A program made the position numbers and the translations under genes. From NCBI GenBank assembly GCA_964016885.1, contig OZ024741.1:173538001-173602000 (forward strand): a DNA stretch of 64,000 nt, read 5' to 3'. Position 1 is the stretch's first letter, and the number at the start of each line of letters is the position of its first letter. Positions 25,155 through 37,816 of the stretch are shown here, piece after piece. Source of the stretch: Eledone cirrhosa. Lineage: Eukaryota. Under the pieces are notes generated by a model. That model searched no databases and was not told where the DNA came from. It saw only the letters and a list, made by a program, of their open reading frames with translations.

Positions 25155-25690
25155 TTTGTACCCTGCTCGCAGTTTATGATGGTGTGTAGAGGGTGGCAGG
25201 TTGTTCTGGTTTAGTTTCCCAGAGTTGTAGCAGTTTTTACATTGTCAGTTACCGTGGGTAGATCACACTCAGACCAGCTGGTATCTCTCTTCCACGTTTC
25301 ACCAGCCTTGACAAACCTCCAGATCTGCCCATCATCACGCAGACTGAAACTTTCATCTTGTGCTGAGTTCCGATTCAAGGAAGCTGCAGCACGTAGTTTT
25401 GGACGTACATGGGGTGGTAGGCCTGGGCGTGTTCGGAAGGTAATCCGATTTTCACGCCCAGCTTTAGCAGAGGCCAGATGATATGAGGTTGCCTCTGCGG
25501 GGTCCGAGAAAGACAGCCTGATGAGTCTGGGTTTTGGACCAGGTCGACCAAGGCGGAGGGCACCCTTTGGGGGAACACAGCCTAGGTCTTTGGCTGAGCT
25601 GGCAGAAAATGCCTGAAGATCAGCCTATTGGACGCCCCTTCGCATAGGACGCTCCCTCTGATTAGAATAGCCATGCATCACGTCGCTTGT
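25155..25690 (-). mobile_element. Probable CR1 ORF1/5' region (degraded)
   Basis: GC-rich sequence contiguous with the APE start; ORF fragments only. Confidence 0.5.
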
Positions 25691-26019
25691 TTGTTTTAGA
25701 TTAGAAGTACACTATCTTGTATCGTTTTCTATCAAAGCTTGTTATTTGATATGGTGACATCTATCTATATTTCACACACATACACACTTTCTCTTTCTCG
25801 TATTTGTCTCTCAATAACAACCTCTCATTGAAGTGAAAGTATTTTATATATATATATACACTAACTAACTGGTCGGGTTGCCCGATGGCAAGTGGGCCCC
25901 AGGGCGCCCACGGTTTTAGGGGCCAATTCTTTGCTTTCAAAATATATCTAAAGTCTTAGAGAAAAATAAAAAATTTAAAAAATCATAAATAAAACAATTA
26001 AGTCAAACATTTGGTCAAA

Positions 26020-26840
26020 CAATTCCCTAGGGAATTAATAGAAACCAAAATATATGACAATTCGAACTGCGTTTTAGGGAAGATGAGAAGGATCCGGATT
26101 TCACGTTGGACACATGAATAGTTTCTACCAATCCAAGATGTCGTTGGACAGGCAGACGTTTTTCAGCAGCTTGGAGAGGGCACAGGCGAAACTGGTCCAA
26201 GCTCCCTTTGGGATCCTGTTGATGAGTTTCAACATAGACAAGTCCCAGAGGCAAAGTGTTCAACAGAAATCTGAGCGTCACGTCAGAGTTAGGTTCAGAC
26301 CTGCAAAGGAAATCGGAGCTGAAGTGACATTGGTTACACGCCCAGTTTGAGAAACTTTCAGCTTGAACACAGTAATGCCAACACAGCCCCTGTGGTAGTT
26401 TAGGCGACAGAAGGGACATGCGATTGTCTTTAGATATCGACTGGTTCGGGAGCAGAGAGTGGAGTTTGGTGGTGAATTGGCAACAACTGAGGAGTTGACA
26501 TTGGAATTAGGATTCAGATTGGGGGGGGGAGACAGTGGGGGTAGATTAACGATAGAGATAGAGGGGGGGGGGGTGATCAGCATTAACTCTGACAGTGGGA
26601 CTTGGTTGGGGGGAGGTGATATTGGAAGCAAGTTAGCTGTTACAGGAGTGGTGTGGTGGATGAAAGGATGAATAGATCTAATTTCGACAGAATCTGGCGA
26701 TGGACGTGGGAGGGTAGAGAGATAAGGGGATACAAGTTAGCTCCCTTGGAATGAGGTGGAGGTGTTGGGGAACGGGGAAAGAACAGGCTGGGGCAAAATC
26801 CTTTAACCATGCGGGTGTCCTGGTCACTCGGCGCATGACC
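26020..26840 (-). mobile_element. 5' fragment of a CRE-like retroelement (Pro-rich region plus Cys/His finger)
   Basis: Pro-rich stretch then CPFCRLNYHRGCVGIT...CNQCHFSSD; parallels the 5' part of the plus-strand CRE copy at about 29580-30060. Confidence 0.6.
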
Positions 26841-27159
26841 TTAAAATAATTTAGATTTAAGTCTGAATGTTGTGTGTGTTTAAATATATAAAACAGTAAA
26901 TTCAATAACTGCAAAAATAGAACGATGAGACACTAAAACTTTGATGAGAACAAGTTGAAAACTGGAAGAGGAATTTTGAGATGTCCCAACACGAAGACAT
27001 GTATGTGTGTGTAAACATTTAAAACAGTAAGTTCCAGCAAAGTGCAAAAATAGAGCCGTGATATTAAAGTATTGAAGAGAGGAAGCTGAAACTAAAGAAA
27101 TAATTTTGAGATGTATCAAAAACTGGAGGAGAAATAAATATAATGCATTCATGAAAATG

Positions 27160-30100
27160 TGTAACGCGTGATTACGAATAAAATGTCAAACTGAAACTTC
27201 AATCACTCAATATTGATAGATATTTCATTTCAGAACTCGCCCCCGTTTAGTTCCGGATTAGCATTAAACTGGGGCTGCCATGAGATATAGCGGGGTGTAG
27301 AGCTGCCGTGGGAGGGGGGATTGCCGGATGTTGGGGGTCACCTGGCCTGAAGCAGGAGGACGGGGGCGACGCAAGTCATCTTAGCTATAGGCCCTGCAAG
27401 GTGATGGGTGTGTGAAGACAAACGCTAGTGGAAGTACCCCACGTGGATGGTGGAACCAGCGATAGAGAGATGCAAGGTAAGTCCGAATGCCTCTGGCTAC
27501 ATGACCAAAGAGTCCTTTCCTAACTCAAGAAGGTATGTGACCTGAAAGAAATTTGGCTGCTATTTCCAACAGGTCAAGTAACCACATAGAGGTTTTCACT
27601 CTGTAGCGCTCTCTAGACAAGGGGAAGTAGCTGGTGTTACTTCTCGTTGAAATTCCAGAACCTTCTTTGTAACTTCTGTCCAGGGAACTATAAAGGAGAG
27701 AGCTCAAAGCTATCTCTCTCTTTTTCACCTCTTGGCCACCTGGCCTTAAGGCCAGGCATGGTTACGTCAAAGGTATACTTTCTTTTGGCGCCTTCCTTCG
27801 AACTGATAACACTGAAGACAAACATGTTAATTTTTCTCTAACCACCTATCATGGATCTGGACTATACCTAATTATGTACGAGAATATTTGTTTACAACAA
27901 TTATAACATGGAGCTACAATAAAAATGAAGACTTATATTTGATACTCGTTCCGAGAAACTGCTTACGTTTTATCATTACCTTTGTAATGGGAATTAACTC
28001 TCATTCAACATGGTGTTATGTAAAATATCTTATCCTTTTCTTTATAAAATTTAGTAGTCAGATTCCGGTGACATTTACTCGAGTAAATAACCCTGGGTCC
28101 AGCAAGACTAAAATGGTGACCCTGATGGAGTGAAACACCAACTACTAAAACTCCTTCACCCGAAACAAACATATTTGTTATTATAAATAGACGCTTTCGC
28201 CGTGTTTACTTTTACTAAAGAAATTTTAGCCTGATAGTGGGGTTTAGAACCTTCTAAGAAATGTCTTTAGTAAAAAAGATACGGTAAAAGCTTCTATTTC
28301 TAATTTCAAACTCACTCGCTGCTTCAAAACATACTTTTTTATCGGCGACGGTCAGCAGGGCAAGACGTGTTTTCTTGGGCTCTGCTAGAGTCGGCAGCAA
28401 CACACACAACTACGTGTTGCTACACACAGGGAAGAAGGAAAAAAAAACCCAAATAGAGATATGTACATTTATATCTAAATACCGTTATTATTACTTACTG
28501 ATGTCCCCTTGTGTTTAATGTGAAATACATGTTCCTTAATATATGCGCCTGTATGTATACATTATATGCATGTGTGTGCACTTTCTTGTGATTGGAAAAC
28601 ATTTTTGGACCTACAAATTCAACACCAAACGAGGTAAACATTTTCAACTTTTCCCTTTTTTCGTAGGAGTGTGTGCTTTGTCTGAGACAACTTGAAAGTA
28701 TTCTTCAAAGAACTGGATTTTACCATTCCGTTGGATCACTTAACTCCCAGGAACATTCAAACGGATTTTACAATTTACGGAGCGGAATAACAGATCTTCA
28801 GAAGAAAAAATTAAAAATTTAAAAGGATTGGTTGTGGTGACAACGCATGGAACCAGCCTGGAGCAATTGTATCACACAATTATACATTCCTCCTTAACTT
28901 ATACTTACAATTTTTCAAAAACAAAAAATAAAATTAAAATAAATAATTATAAATGGCGAGGAATTGCCACTAGCTTCACAAGAAGAGATAACATACGGCA
29001 CCATCCCATCTCCCTCTTGAAATAACCTGAATCTATTTATAGACAGGTGTGACTGAAAGGTCAATCCATACTTCCATTCTATTTCACAGAATTAGAAGCT
29101 TTGACCACTTGATAGAATTCAGGACCAGTAATGTAATCACTCTAATTGTAAACATCTTGTATCACTATCATTCAGGTTTTGATTTTTCTGAGGTCTTGGC
29201 CATGTGGATTTTTACACAAACTCACAATTTCTGATTTTACTGCGGATTTACCCATGCGAAGTATTACACAAACTTAGATTTTGTACTTCTAACGTATTTA
29301 TTTTCCTTCTCTTTGCATCTCCATTGCTCTTTCTCTTCCACTGTATTTACCTGCCTCTCACATAACCACACTCATCACCACGCACTCATGATCCTCTCCC
29401 TCTTCTTCCCCCTTCTCTACTTTCTATCCCTACCTCTTATGACCCCTTATTTCGTCCTCACGCACAGTCCACCTGTCTTTGTTCAACCCGTCGGTAGCCC
29501 GATGTTTCGATCGAACTATCACCGGCGATTGCCAATTGATAAAGTTGCCACCACTTTAACCTAGTCCACTCTAGGTGGCGGAGGCATGCGTTGAAAGACC
29601 AAGAGACTTACTTGGTGGAACGACTATGTGACAACCGGTCAGCCTTCGACCTCTCATTCTCCACCAACTTCGGCACCCATGAGAGGAGCTAACTTGTCCC
29701 CACCTAGCCCCTCCTCCTCTTCACCGCAACCCAGTCAACCCCACCACCCCTAAAATTGTTAGCCCACCACCCAACCTCCGCTCTAGTCCCACTGTTAGAA
29801 CCACTGCTGCCTCCTTTACTGACTCACTCCCCCCACCGAATTCCAACACTGGCCCTCTACTGCCGGCTCCTGCCAGCCCCCCCCCCCACCTGATTGCACT
29901 CTCTGTGCCCGCACTAGCTGGTACTTAAAGACAATTAAATGTCAGTCACCTATACCATGCAAGCTACCACAGAAGCTGTGTCGGCATCACTAAAGCTCAA
30001 GCCTAAAGGCTTCAATACTGGACCTGTAATCGGTGCCACTTTAGCTCCGATGTATTCCGTGGGGAGACCGCACGCTTCGATATCCAATTCTCTACCGAGG

Positions 30101-32990
30101 ACTTTGCCACAGCCCTCCAGGGTTTCTCCAAATCAAAGCTCGTTAACTGGGTCCCTAACAACATCTCAAAGATGGTATCTCCTTATCGGCCGGTGACGCC
30201 GGACTCGAGCTCTTGGAGAGTCCGACTCAGTTTGTGAATCAGTTCTCTTCAGTGAACGTTCTCCCGTTCATCCGCCAACTGTTCTTCGGTGCGAAGCTAT
30301 TTGATCTCACCAAGCCCAACGGGGACCTGCGCCCCATTGCGGTTGACTGCACCCTTCGCCGCTTCACTGCAAAGGAGTGTTTGCTGTTGGTCTCCGACTT
30401 ACTGGCGGAGGAATTTCCCCCCATCCAGCTGGGGGTGGGTACCAAGCTGGGATGTGAGGCTGCTGTCCAGGATACCAGAGATTTACCAACTTGCCCTCCT
30501 CGTCCCCCAAGGTCATCCTCTAACTTGACCTCAGGAACGCTTTTAACTCCGTCAGCTGCGATGTTGTCCTCGGCTCAGTAAGAGAGAGGGTTTCACAACT
30601 CTACCACTTTGCTTGGCAGGCTTATCGGGAGCCCTCCTACCTCTCTTCTGGTGAAATCATCACCTCTGCCTCAGGAGTCCAACAGGTTGACTCACACGGG
30701 CTCGCTCTGTTTGCACTGGGCATTGATGACGTCACCAAGATGGGGGTTGAGTTGGACCTCAATGTCTGGTACCTCGATGACGCTTGTTTGGGGGAACTCA
30801 TCGCGGTCCCTCCACCGTCGGCTTGGTGCTCCTTAGGAGCCCCAATCACAGACCTTGCTTTCGAGTCAATCTTCCAATCGAAGATGGTTGGCCTTGAGTA
30901 GCTGTTGAAGAATATTGAAGCTATCGAACCCCATCAAGGTTTCTTCATACTCAGGAACTACCTTTCTATTCCTAAGCTTCTGTATCTGCTCAGGGCCAGC
31001 CACTCTCACATATTTCCGTCCTGCCTCCAACGCTTCGACGACTTAACCTTCGAGAGACTCGAGTACCTGGTCAATGTTAGACTCTCTCCAGAGTCCCGTG
31101 ATCAGGCTGCTTTGCCCTAGCGATTTGGGGGTCTTGGTCTTCGTAACTGTTCGTCCCTCTCTCTCCCCTGCTTCCTTTCCTTCACCCACGCTTGCTCCAC
31201 CCTGGTGAGCAGCATCCTCCCTTCTCCAACATGGACTAGTTCCAACAGGGAGTTGGGTGAAGCTCTCCAGCAATGGAGTGAGTTGGGCTTATCTCTTCCT
31301 GAGAAGGTGGAGGACAGTCGAAGTCAGAGAAGTTGGGACAACATAAGATCGAAGGCCACCTTCGACTCCCTCTTCGTCCAGTCAGATCAGTTTGCAAGGT
31401 GCCGCTTACTATCTGCCAGCGCCAAATACTCAGGCAACTGGGTTGATGTCCTCCCCGTGGCCAACGTTGGTGGCCTACTCAACCTGGACGAACTTCATGT
31501 CTGCATGGGTTTGAGGTGCCGATGCGGCAAACTCCTCGACTCCACAGGCCTCCACGGTCTTTCTTGCTGCCTGAATGCCGGCCGCTTCATGCGTCACACG
31601 GTACTAAACCTCATTCTCAAGAGGGCTTTGTCCCAGGCGAACATCTCCTCAATCTTAGAACCATCTGGGTTGTCCAGAAGTGATGGCAAAAGACCTGACA
31701 GCCTTACCCTGTGCCCTTAGTCGAGAAGCAGGTACCTTGTCTAGGACGTCACTGTTAGTGACTCTTTTGCTCTTTCCCACATCCTAGATCCTGTGGTTAG
31801 GACGAGCCACAGCTTCCGCAGCCGAGCGGAGTAAGACCCTCAAATACTCTGATCTGTTGGCCAGCTACATTTTTCAGCCTGTGGCTTTCGAGACGTTTGG
31901 GGGAGTCGGGCTGCTGACTGCGAGGTTCCTCTCTTCGCTGGCGGCTCACCTAATAGAGGTAACTGGCGAATCTCGCAAGGGCGCTTGGTTGTTCCAGCGC
32001 ATTAACCTCGCCATCACCCGAGGCAACACTGTGAGTGTGCTGGCTTGCCTCAAAAATCAATAGAGAGGTTGCCTGGTACTCCTCGCGACGTTGCTGTCTT
32101 TTGCTCTTGTGTTGGCTCCGTTGTTCACCTCTTCCTTTACATTTTCTTTAATATTGTAACATTAAAAGAATATATCTTTCTGAATGAATCGCGAGCAATT
32201 TATAATGTTATCTAAGCCTTTGTAATGTTATTTATGTATATATTTAAAACATATTTGTTATGTTATTCTACTGTAAATTTATTTATATGCTCTGTATAAT
32301 TTTTAAATAATTGTGAATGTATAACCGAATACTCCTATATTTTACCAGCAAAGATTCGAAACCGAATCTGAGCTTTCCCGCCTCTGGGACATTCAATCGT
32401 TGGAAGTTCTCGCCTTTGTCCCGTCAATGATGACGGATGACATTCCATTTGACCTTTGACCCCAACCCCTTGGGAGATGCTAACCACAGGTCAGATCATA
32501 TATCCATCCTTCTAACTTTAACGAGATTATATATACAAGAATTTTTTGTACCTGGCAGAAAAAGTGATAACACTGACGAGAGAAGAGAACACTAACTCTG
32601 TGAAATTTCTCTTCACGAAAAACCAGTCAGTCCACTATTTTTCTCACATGCCATTCCTGCCTGACTGATTGAACACTACTACTACTAAGACAATAACGTA
32701 TACTAATACACACACATAGTAAGTTCATATTGTTTGCATTTTGCACTCACCCTTCTTTTTGTCATATTGTATCTTTAAGATACAACACAAATTATACAAT
32801 ATCATATTCTGTGATACTTGCATTTACGTGGCTCGTAGAGCCACCAATTTATTGTACGGATATTTTCATGTTATAAATTCTATCATTCGATGTTCAAATT
32901 ATATATTGTTATTGTAAAATAAACATTGTAAACAACACAATCCTGGTATTATTCTTTTCACCATACAAAGAATTCACCCTTTCTGTTACA
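27160..32990. mobile_element. Probable solo LTR (Gypsy-like) interrupted by nested insertions
   Basis: Termini TGTAAC...GTTACA with exact 4-bp TSD AATG (27156-27159 and 32991-32994); AATAAA about 70 bp before the right end. Confidence 0.6.
29440..32200 (+). mobile_element. CRE-clade non-LTR retrotransposon (RT + restriction-like endonuclease), degraded
   Basis: KPNGDLRPIAV, QLGVGTKLGCEA, WYLDD (tggtacctcgatgac), CRCGKLLDSTGLHGLSC, RHTVLN, DGKRPD, FQPVAFETFGG, LAITRGN; multiple stops. Confidence 0.9.
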
Positions 32991-33339
32991 AATGTGTAGT
33001 ATATTGTCTTACCTTCTCCTTATATTTGTTATTGTTAGTGGTTTTAGCCAAAATTTTCTTGTTGAAATCAGTAATCTTTACAGGAAAGGTACGATTAACA
33101 AATGAACTTGATGCAATTCAGCATAGAAAACACTTTCTAAATAAGACAGAACATTTTGTAAAATAATTATTTCAATGATTCTTTTCTCCGTTTTCCTTTC
33201 AACTTTCTGCTTCTTTTCAGTTTTTTTTTCTTCTTTTCTTTAACCTTCTTATTAGATTATATGTTGTCTATTTTTCACTTGGACTGTATACTTCTGTATA
33301 TTATATCTGTAAGTTTCCATGTGAAACACCCTAACTATA

Positions 33340-33525
33340 ATTGTTTCTACTTTTGGCACAAGGCCAGCAATTAACCCCAGTGCATTACTGGTACTTTATT
33401 TTATCGACCCTGTAAAGATGAAAGGCAAAGTTAACCTTGGCAGGATTTGAACTCAGACCATAAAGGACCGTAACTCTATGCTGCAAAGCATGGCGTCCGA
33501 CCCTCTACTGATACTGCCAATCCAC
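33340..33525 (-). mobile_element. tRNA-derived SINE with conserved central domain (Nin/Deu-like)
   Basis: Minus strand shows box A (tggcagtatcagtag), box B (gagttcaaatcc) and tttgcctttcatc...gggtcgataaaataaagtaccag. Copies at about 17145-17280, 21140-21232, 38180-38360, 46895-47050, 47865-48095, 59973-60155 and 60925-61250. Confidence 0.8.
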
Positions 33526-33959
33526 ACAATCTCCCTAGCTGGACTCATTTTTTATTCTTGGTGGTAGCAACACGTGGTTGTGTATGTTGCTGCTGACTCT
33601 CGCAGAGCCCCAAGAAAACACGTCCACACAGTTCGACTCAAGATATTTTAACAATTTTTAATACAATTTTCACTTGAATAAGAATGTGTTAATTAGTTGG
33701 AAAACATTTTCGGATTAACTACACAAATTGACTCATGAAATAGATGTTTTTAAAGTTGATCCAAGGTTTCTTATACTTTTGTCTTATTAAGGTTATTTTC
33801 TCAAAGTAATTAAATCATTCTCTTCTAAGTGAAAATTTTTATTCGTGCAAAACTCTGTATATTCTAGTAGGAGGTTGTAATAATTACCATTATCTACCTT
33901 GGCAAATATCTTACAAAGTGTATTGTCAAAAATGTTATAATTCTACATCAACCAATCAT

Positions 33960-34623
33960 AATTGAATGATAAAACATTAATCTTTAACAGTATATATTTC
34001 CATAAAACACCGAAATCTCTCTCTCTCTCTCAAAAAATGGCAGATGAGCTTGTTAATGATGAAAGAAATTCCTTAGATTCTTTAGCTGATTTTCGAGTTG
34101 TTTGTATAAAGATTTATCTTGCTTGGACCCAGCAAAGGTCAAAACTATTGCAGAGAAGGGCCTTGAAGTTGAAGCATTAGATGGTATTAAATTGTTTCCA
34201 CAAATTAGCAAAGATCAAGTAAAATTAGAATTGTGTTCTTGTGCTTCAAACTTTGATGTATTAAAGCTATTGTTTAATGATGGTTAGAATATGGGTTCCA
34301 GTTACAACTGTAAAATCTGCACTACTTGCCCATCATGTGTATTAAAAGTTCTGGCATCCAACAGACTTCATGACAAGGCATATAATAATCTTTATGAACT
34401 TTATAAAGTTATCTGCACACTATCAGTTACCCAAATCCAATGTGAGAGGACATTTTAAAAGCTAAAGATTATAAAGACAAGAAATTTGCTGTCTGTGGAG
34501 AACTTGGACTCATACATGTTGCTATCCATTGAAAAGGAATTGTTAGATGAATTGGATGCTGATGCAATTATTGATAGATTTGCACAATCATCTTGTGAAC
34601 TCAAGCAATTACTTTTAATATAG
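33960..34623 (+). pseudogene. hAT transposase C-terminal fragment (dimerisation domain)
   Basis: LSVTQIQCERTF*KLKIIKT...ENLDSYMLLSIEKELLDELDADAIIDRFA; a hAT-type terminus ...CCAGTCCGCCACTG ends at 35700. Confidence 0.85.
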
Positions 34624-34634
34624 TGGACTGCATG

Positions 34635-34905
34635 CAAGAGCCTTGTTTCAGGGGGGTACCAGGGGACAAGTCCCCCCACTTTTTCAAATGTCTATATTTT
34701 ATTTTTTGTTTGATATAATAAATTCTTTTTAAGCTTATTTTTTTTTATATCTGAACTTCATTTGAATATATAAAATTTAATTAGCATAAAATTTTACTTA
34801 TGTGATAGGGTCCGGGAAAGGCACCATAAGCAATTTATGCTCCTTTAAGAATCAACAAATGTTGGTTTGTCCCCCCTCACATTTTTAAGGCAAACGAGGC
34901 CCCTG
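34635..34905. mobile_element. hAT MITE inserted just after the transposase stop
   Basis: Perfect 8-bp TSD ACTGCATG (34627-34634 and 34906-34913); TIRs caagagccttgttt / aaacgaggcccctg (11/14 match). Confidence 0.85.
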
Positions 34906-35698
34906 ACTGCATGTAATACACATTTGAACAATTTGTTAATGTGTAAAGTGTGCAGTACAAATAAACCATTTTAAAATATGCCTCGATTATTTAAAAATCT
35001 AATAAATTGGTATATGTATAATATACTGTTATTTTGAAATTTTTATAAGGGCCTTGTAGAAACAGTAATGGCAAGAGCAAGGGAAATCGAATAATAGAAG
35101 GATGTAAAATATTAAAAGTAGAAGAAATGAAAACCATGTAAATTTATCCTTTATGTTTAGAGGGACTGGAACAATTGAATTGGTGGTGATAGAATTAATA
35201 AAAAAAAAATACAATACGATGTGTACAAGTTGTTTGACAGCAATCTCCTTTGTAAAAAGCAAACAAACAAATGATGTGTATGAAGTTGTGGTATTGACTG
35301 CAATGCCATTATTTTCATAAGAAAGCATAGTTATCTCTTTGACAGAAAAAGTCTTCATTAAAAATATTGAAATTGATTAATTGATTTTATAAGACTTTAT
35401 TTTCAATTTGGTTTTAAAATTTCCAAATAACAGTATACTATACATTCACAATTCTTTAAAAGTTCTATTATAACATTCTGTATTTACATTTGGTATTACT
35501 GTATACTGCTGCCAGTAATATGTACAGTATAATTAGTAAAAAAATATATATATACATTTTTTTCGCAAAACTTGGATTACACATATATATTTTTTGAAAA
35601 TGTTATTTATTCGTTATAAAAAATTAAATGATAGCATTCTATGTGAGTGGGCTCTCTTAATCACCTGGCAACCGATATTTTTAGACCCAGTCCGCCAC

Positions 35699-35736
<38 letters not shown>

Positions 35737-35739
<3 letters not shown>

Positions 35740-36682
35740 GTTACACAACAGTTAATTCACCATTTCCGAGAATTTGTTTCACCTTAGCCAGTTCATTAGC
35801 TCGGTTTAAATGAGATAATACGGAAAACGATTATAAGAATATCATGCGCAGAAGTTCTTCTCAAAGGGGACAACTCACGTTATAGGGTGACAACTGCAAA
35901 AGTTTAGAATACAATAGATTATTCATGATATTTGGTCTAGAGTGGTTACGTCCGATAGTCAGTCTGGGGCTTTAAAATTATGTAATAGATGTATTGAAAC
36001 GTGGGGACAACGTGAGTAGAAATCAGATCTTGTGCTTAGACAAGCACTATTATGCCAACTCCTCAGGATATTAATTCTTTCTTCAATGCACAGCCCACAA
36101 GACGGATTCCCATTTCCGTATGACTTAGACGTGGTTATAACTTTCCATTGGATGGAGTAATCCACACCTGCATCCTTGAGGGACTATATGTGGTTTGCGA
36201 GCTTCGTGGACGATTGTTTTAACATTGAGTGAGAAGGGAGGGGACTAAATCCTATGTAGGTATGACAGAGGGCCAGTTTAAAGAACGATTCCTGAATCAT
36301 TTAGACACCCGGTCAAATGACCATCCATGAAGCTGGCAAGCCACATATAGTCCCTCAAGGATGCAGGTGTGGATTATTCCATCTAATGGAAAGTTATAGT
36401 CATGAATAATCTATTGTATTCTAAGCTTTCGTAGCCACCTCCTGTCATCAATTTAATATGAGTTGCCTCCCCTTTAAGAAGAATTTCTTCTGAGCATGGG
36501 TATTCGTATAATCGTTTTCCTTTTCTGTATTATCTCATTTAAACCGAGCTGATGATCCGTCTAAGGTGAAACAAATTGTTCTCGGGAATGGTGAATTAAC
36601 TGTTGTGGAACTACTTCCACCAAACTCGTCCCATGGACTGAGTGCTCTACTACTACGGATATAACCCACCAGTGTTCTACCA
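35737..36682 (-). mobile_element. Penelope-like element (Naiad-type GIY-YIG C-terminus) with inverted pLTR, in (TA)n
   Basis: ORF 35959-36165 reads YSIQWKVI...CGLCIEE...LSTRSDFYSRCPH; 36330-36620 is an inverted copy of 35737-36215 with an internal deletion; both flanks are TA microsatellite. Confidence 0.8.
36544..36585 (+). ncRNA. Minimal type I hammerhead ribozyme motif
   Basis: ccgag-CTGATGA-tccgtctaaggt-GAAACAAATTGTT-ctcgg: helix I ccgag/ctcgg, intact core, short helix III, GUU site. Confidence 0.72.
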
Positions 36683-36717
36683 ATATATATATATATATGT
36701 GTATGTATATATGTATG

Positions 36718-36788
<71 letters not shown>

Positions 36789-36889
36789 ATATATATATAC
36801 ATATATATATATGTATGTGTATATATGTATGTATGTATGTGTATATATATATACATATATATATATGTATGTGTATATATATATATATG

Positions 36890-36932
<43 letters not shown>

Positions 36933-36933
36933 A

Positions 36934-37011
<78 letters not shown>

Positions 37012-37015
<4 letters not shown>

Positions 37016-37737
37016 CTTTAAAGCGTAGAAATATCAGAGACCCCGAGTAGACAACTGATGGGGAAAACTCGCCACCGTTCTTGCTTTCTTTTTAAATAGC
37101 AACTACACAGCCATTTCTATTCTCCATATATTTTATCATATTTTCGCTGTGACCATTCTTCTCTCCCCTTCTACCTACCTGTTTCACTATTATCTACTCT
37201 CGCCCCTCTTTCTTCCTCTTTCACTCATCCTCTCTACCAGTCTTCTCTTTTCTTCTACCTAACTATTTTGTTACTATCTACTCTTACCCCACTTTCTTCC
37301 TCTCCCTTTTTCCCTCGCCTGACCTTCTAGTAGTCCTTTTCTCACTTACAACTGCTAGTATCAGACGTGTGTCTTTTTTCTCTTGACCACACAGTCTTGA
37401 ACTTAAGTTCTCTCATCGTTGTGGTCTTGGATTTTCTTACCTTAAGTTGCTCGCACATTGCTCAGTTTGTTGGGTTTTTTTGCTGTTTTTTCACTGTTTT
37501 CTCTTTTCTTCCCCTTTGCTTTCCTTCCCTCCCTCCTCCGTTTTCCCAATAACTTATTCAGTTATTGACGCTCTGAGCGGTAGATATATTGTCTTTAAAG
37601 CGTAGAAATATCCGAGACAATATCCCAGTAGACAACTGATGAGGACCCCCCCTCCCCCCGTTCTTGCTTTCTTCTTATTCCCACTCCATTTTAAGCTACC
37701 TTAAATAGCAACTACATAGCCATATCTATTCTCCATA

Positions 37738-37740
<3 letters not shown>
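37012..37740. mobile_element. Penelope-like remnant with direct terminal duplication, in (TA)n
   Basis: ttgtctttaaagcgtagaaatatc...agtagacaactgatg...aaatagcaactac...ctattctccatata occurs at both 37012 and 37589. Confidence 0.6.

Positions 37741-37810
<70 letters not shown>

Positions 37811-37816
<6 letters not shown>

Noticed and set aside
28110-28300. CTGATGG...GAAAC and CTGATAG...GAAATGTC hammerhead-like strings (also near 46840 and 58520)
   Set aside because: Core nucleotides are mutated and helices incomplete; at most decayed Penelope ribozymes.
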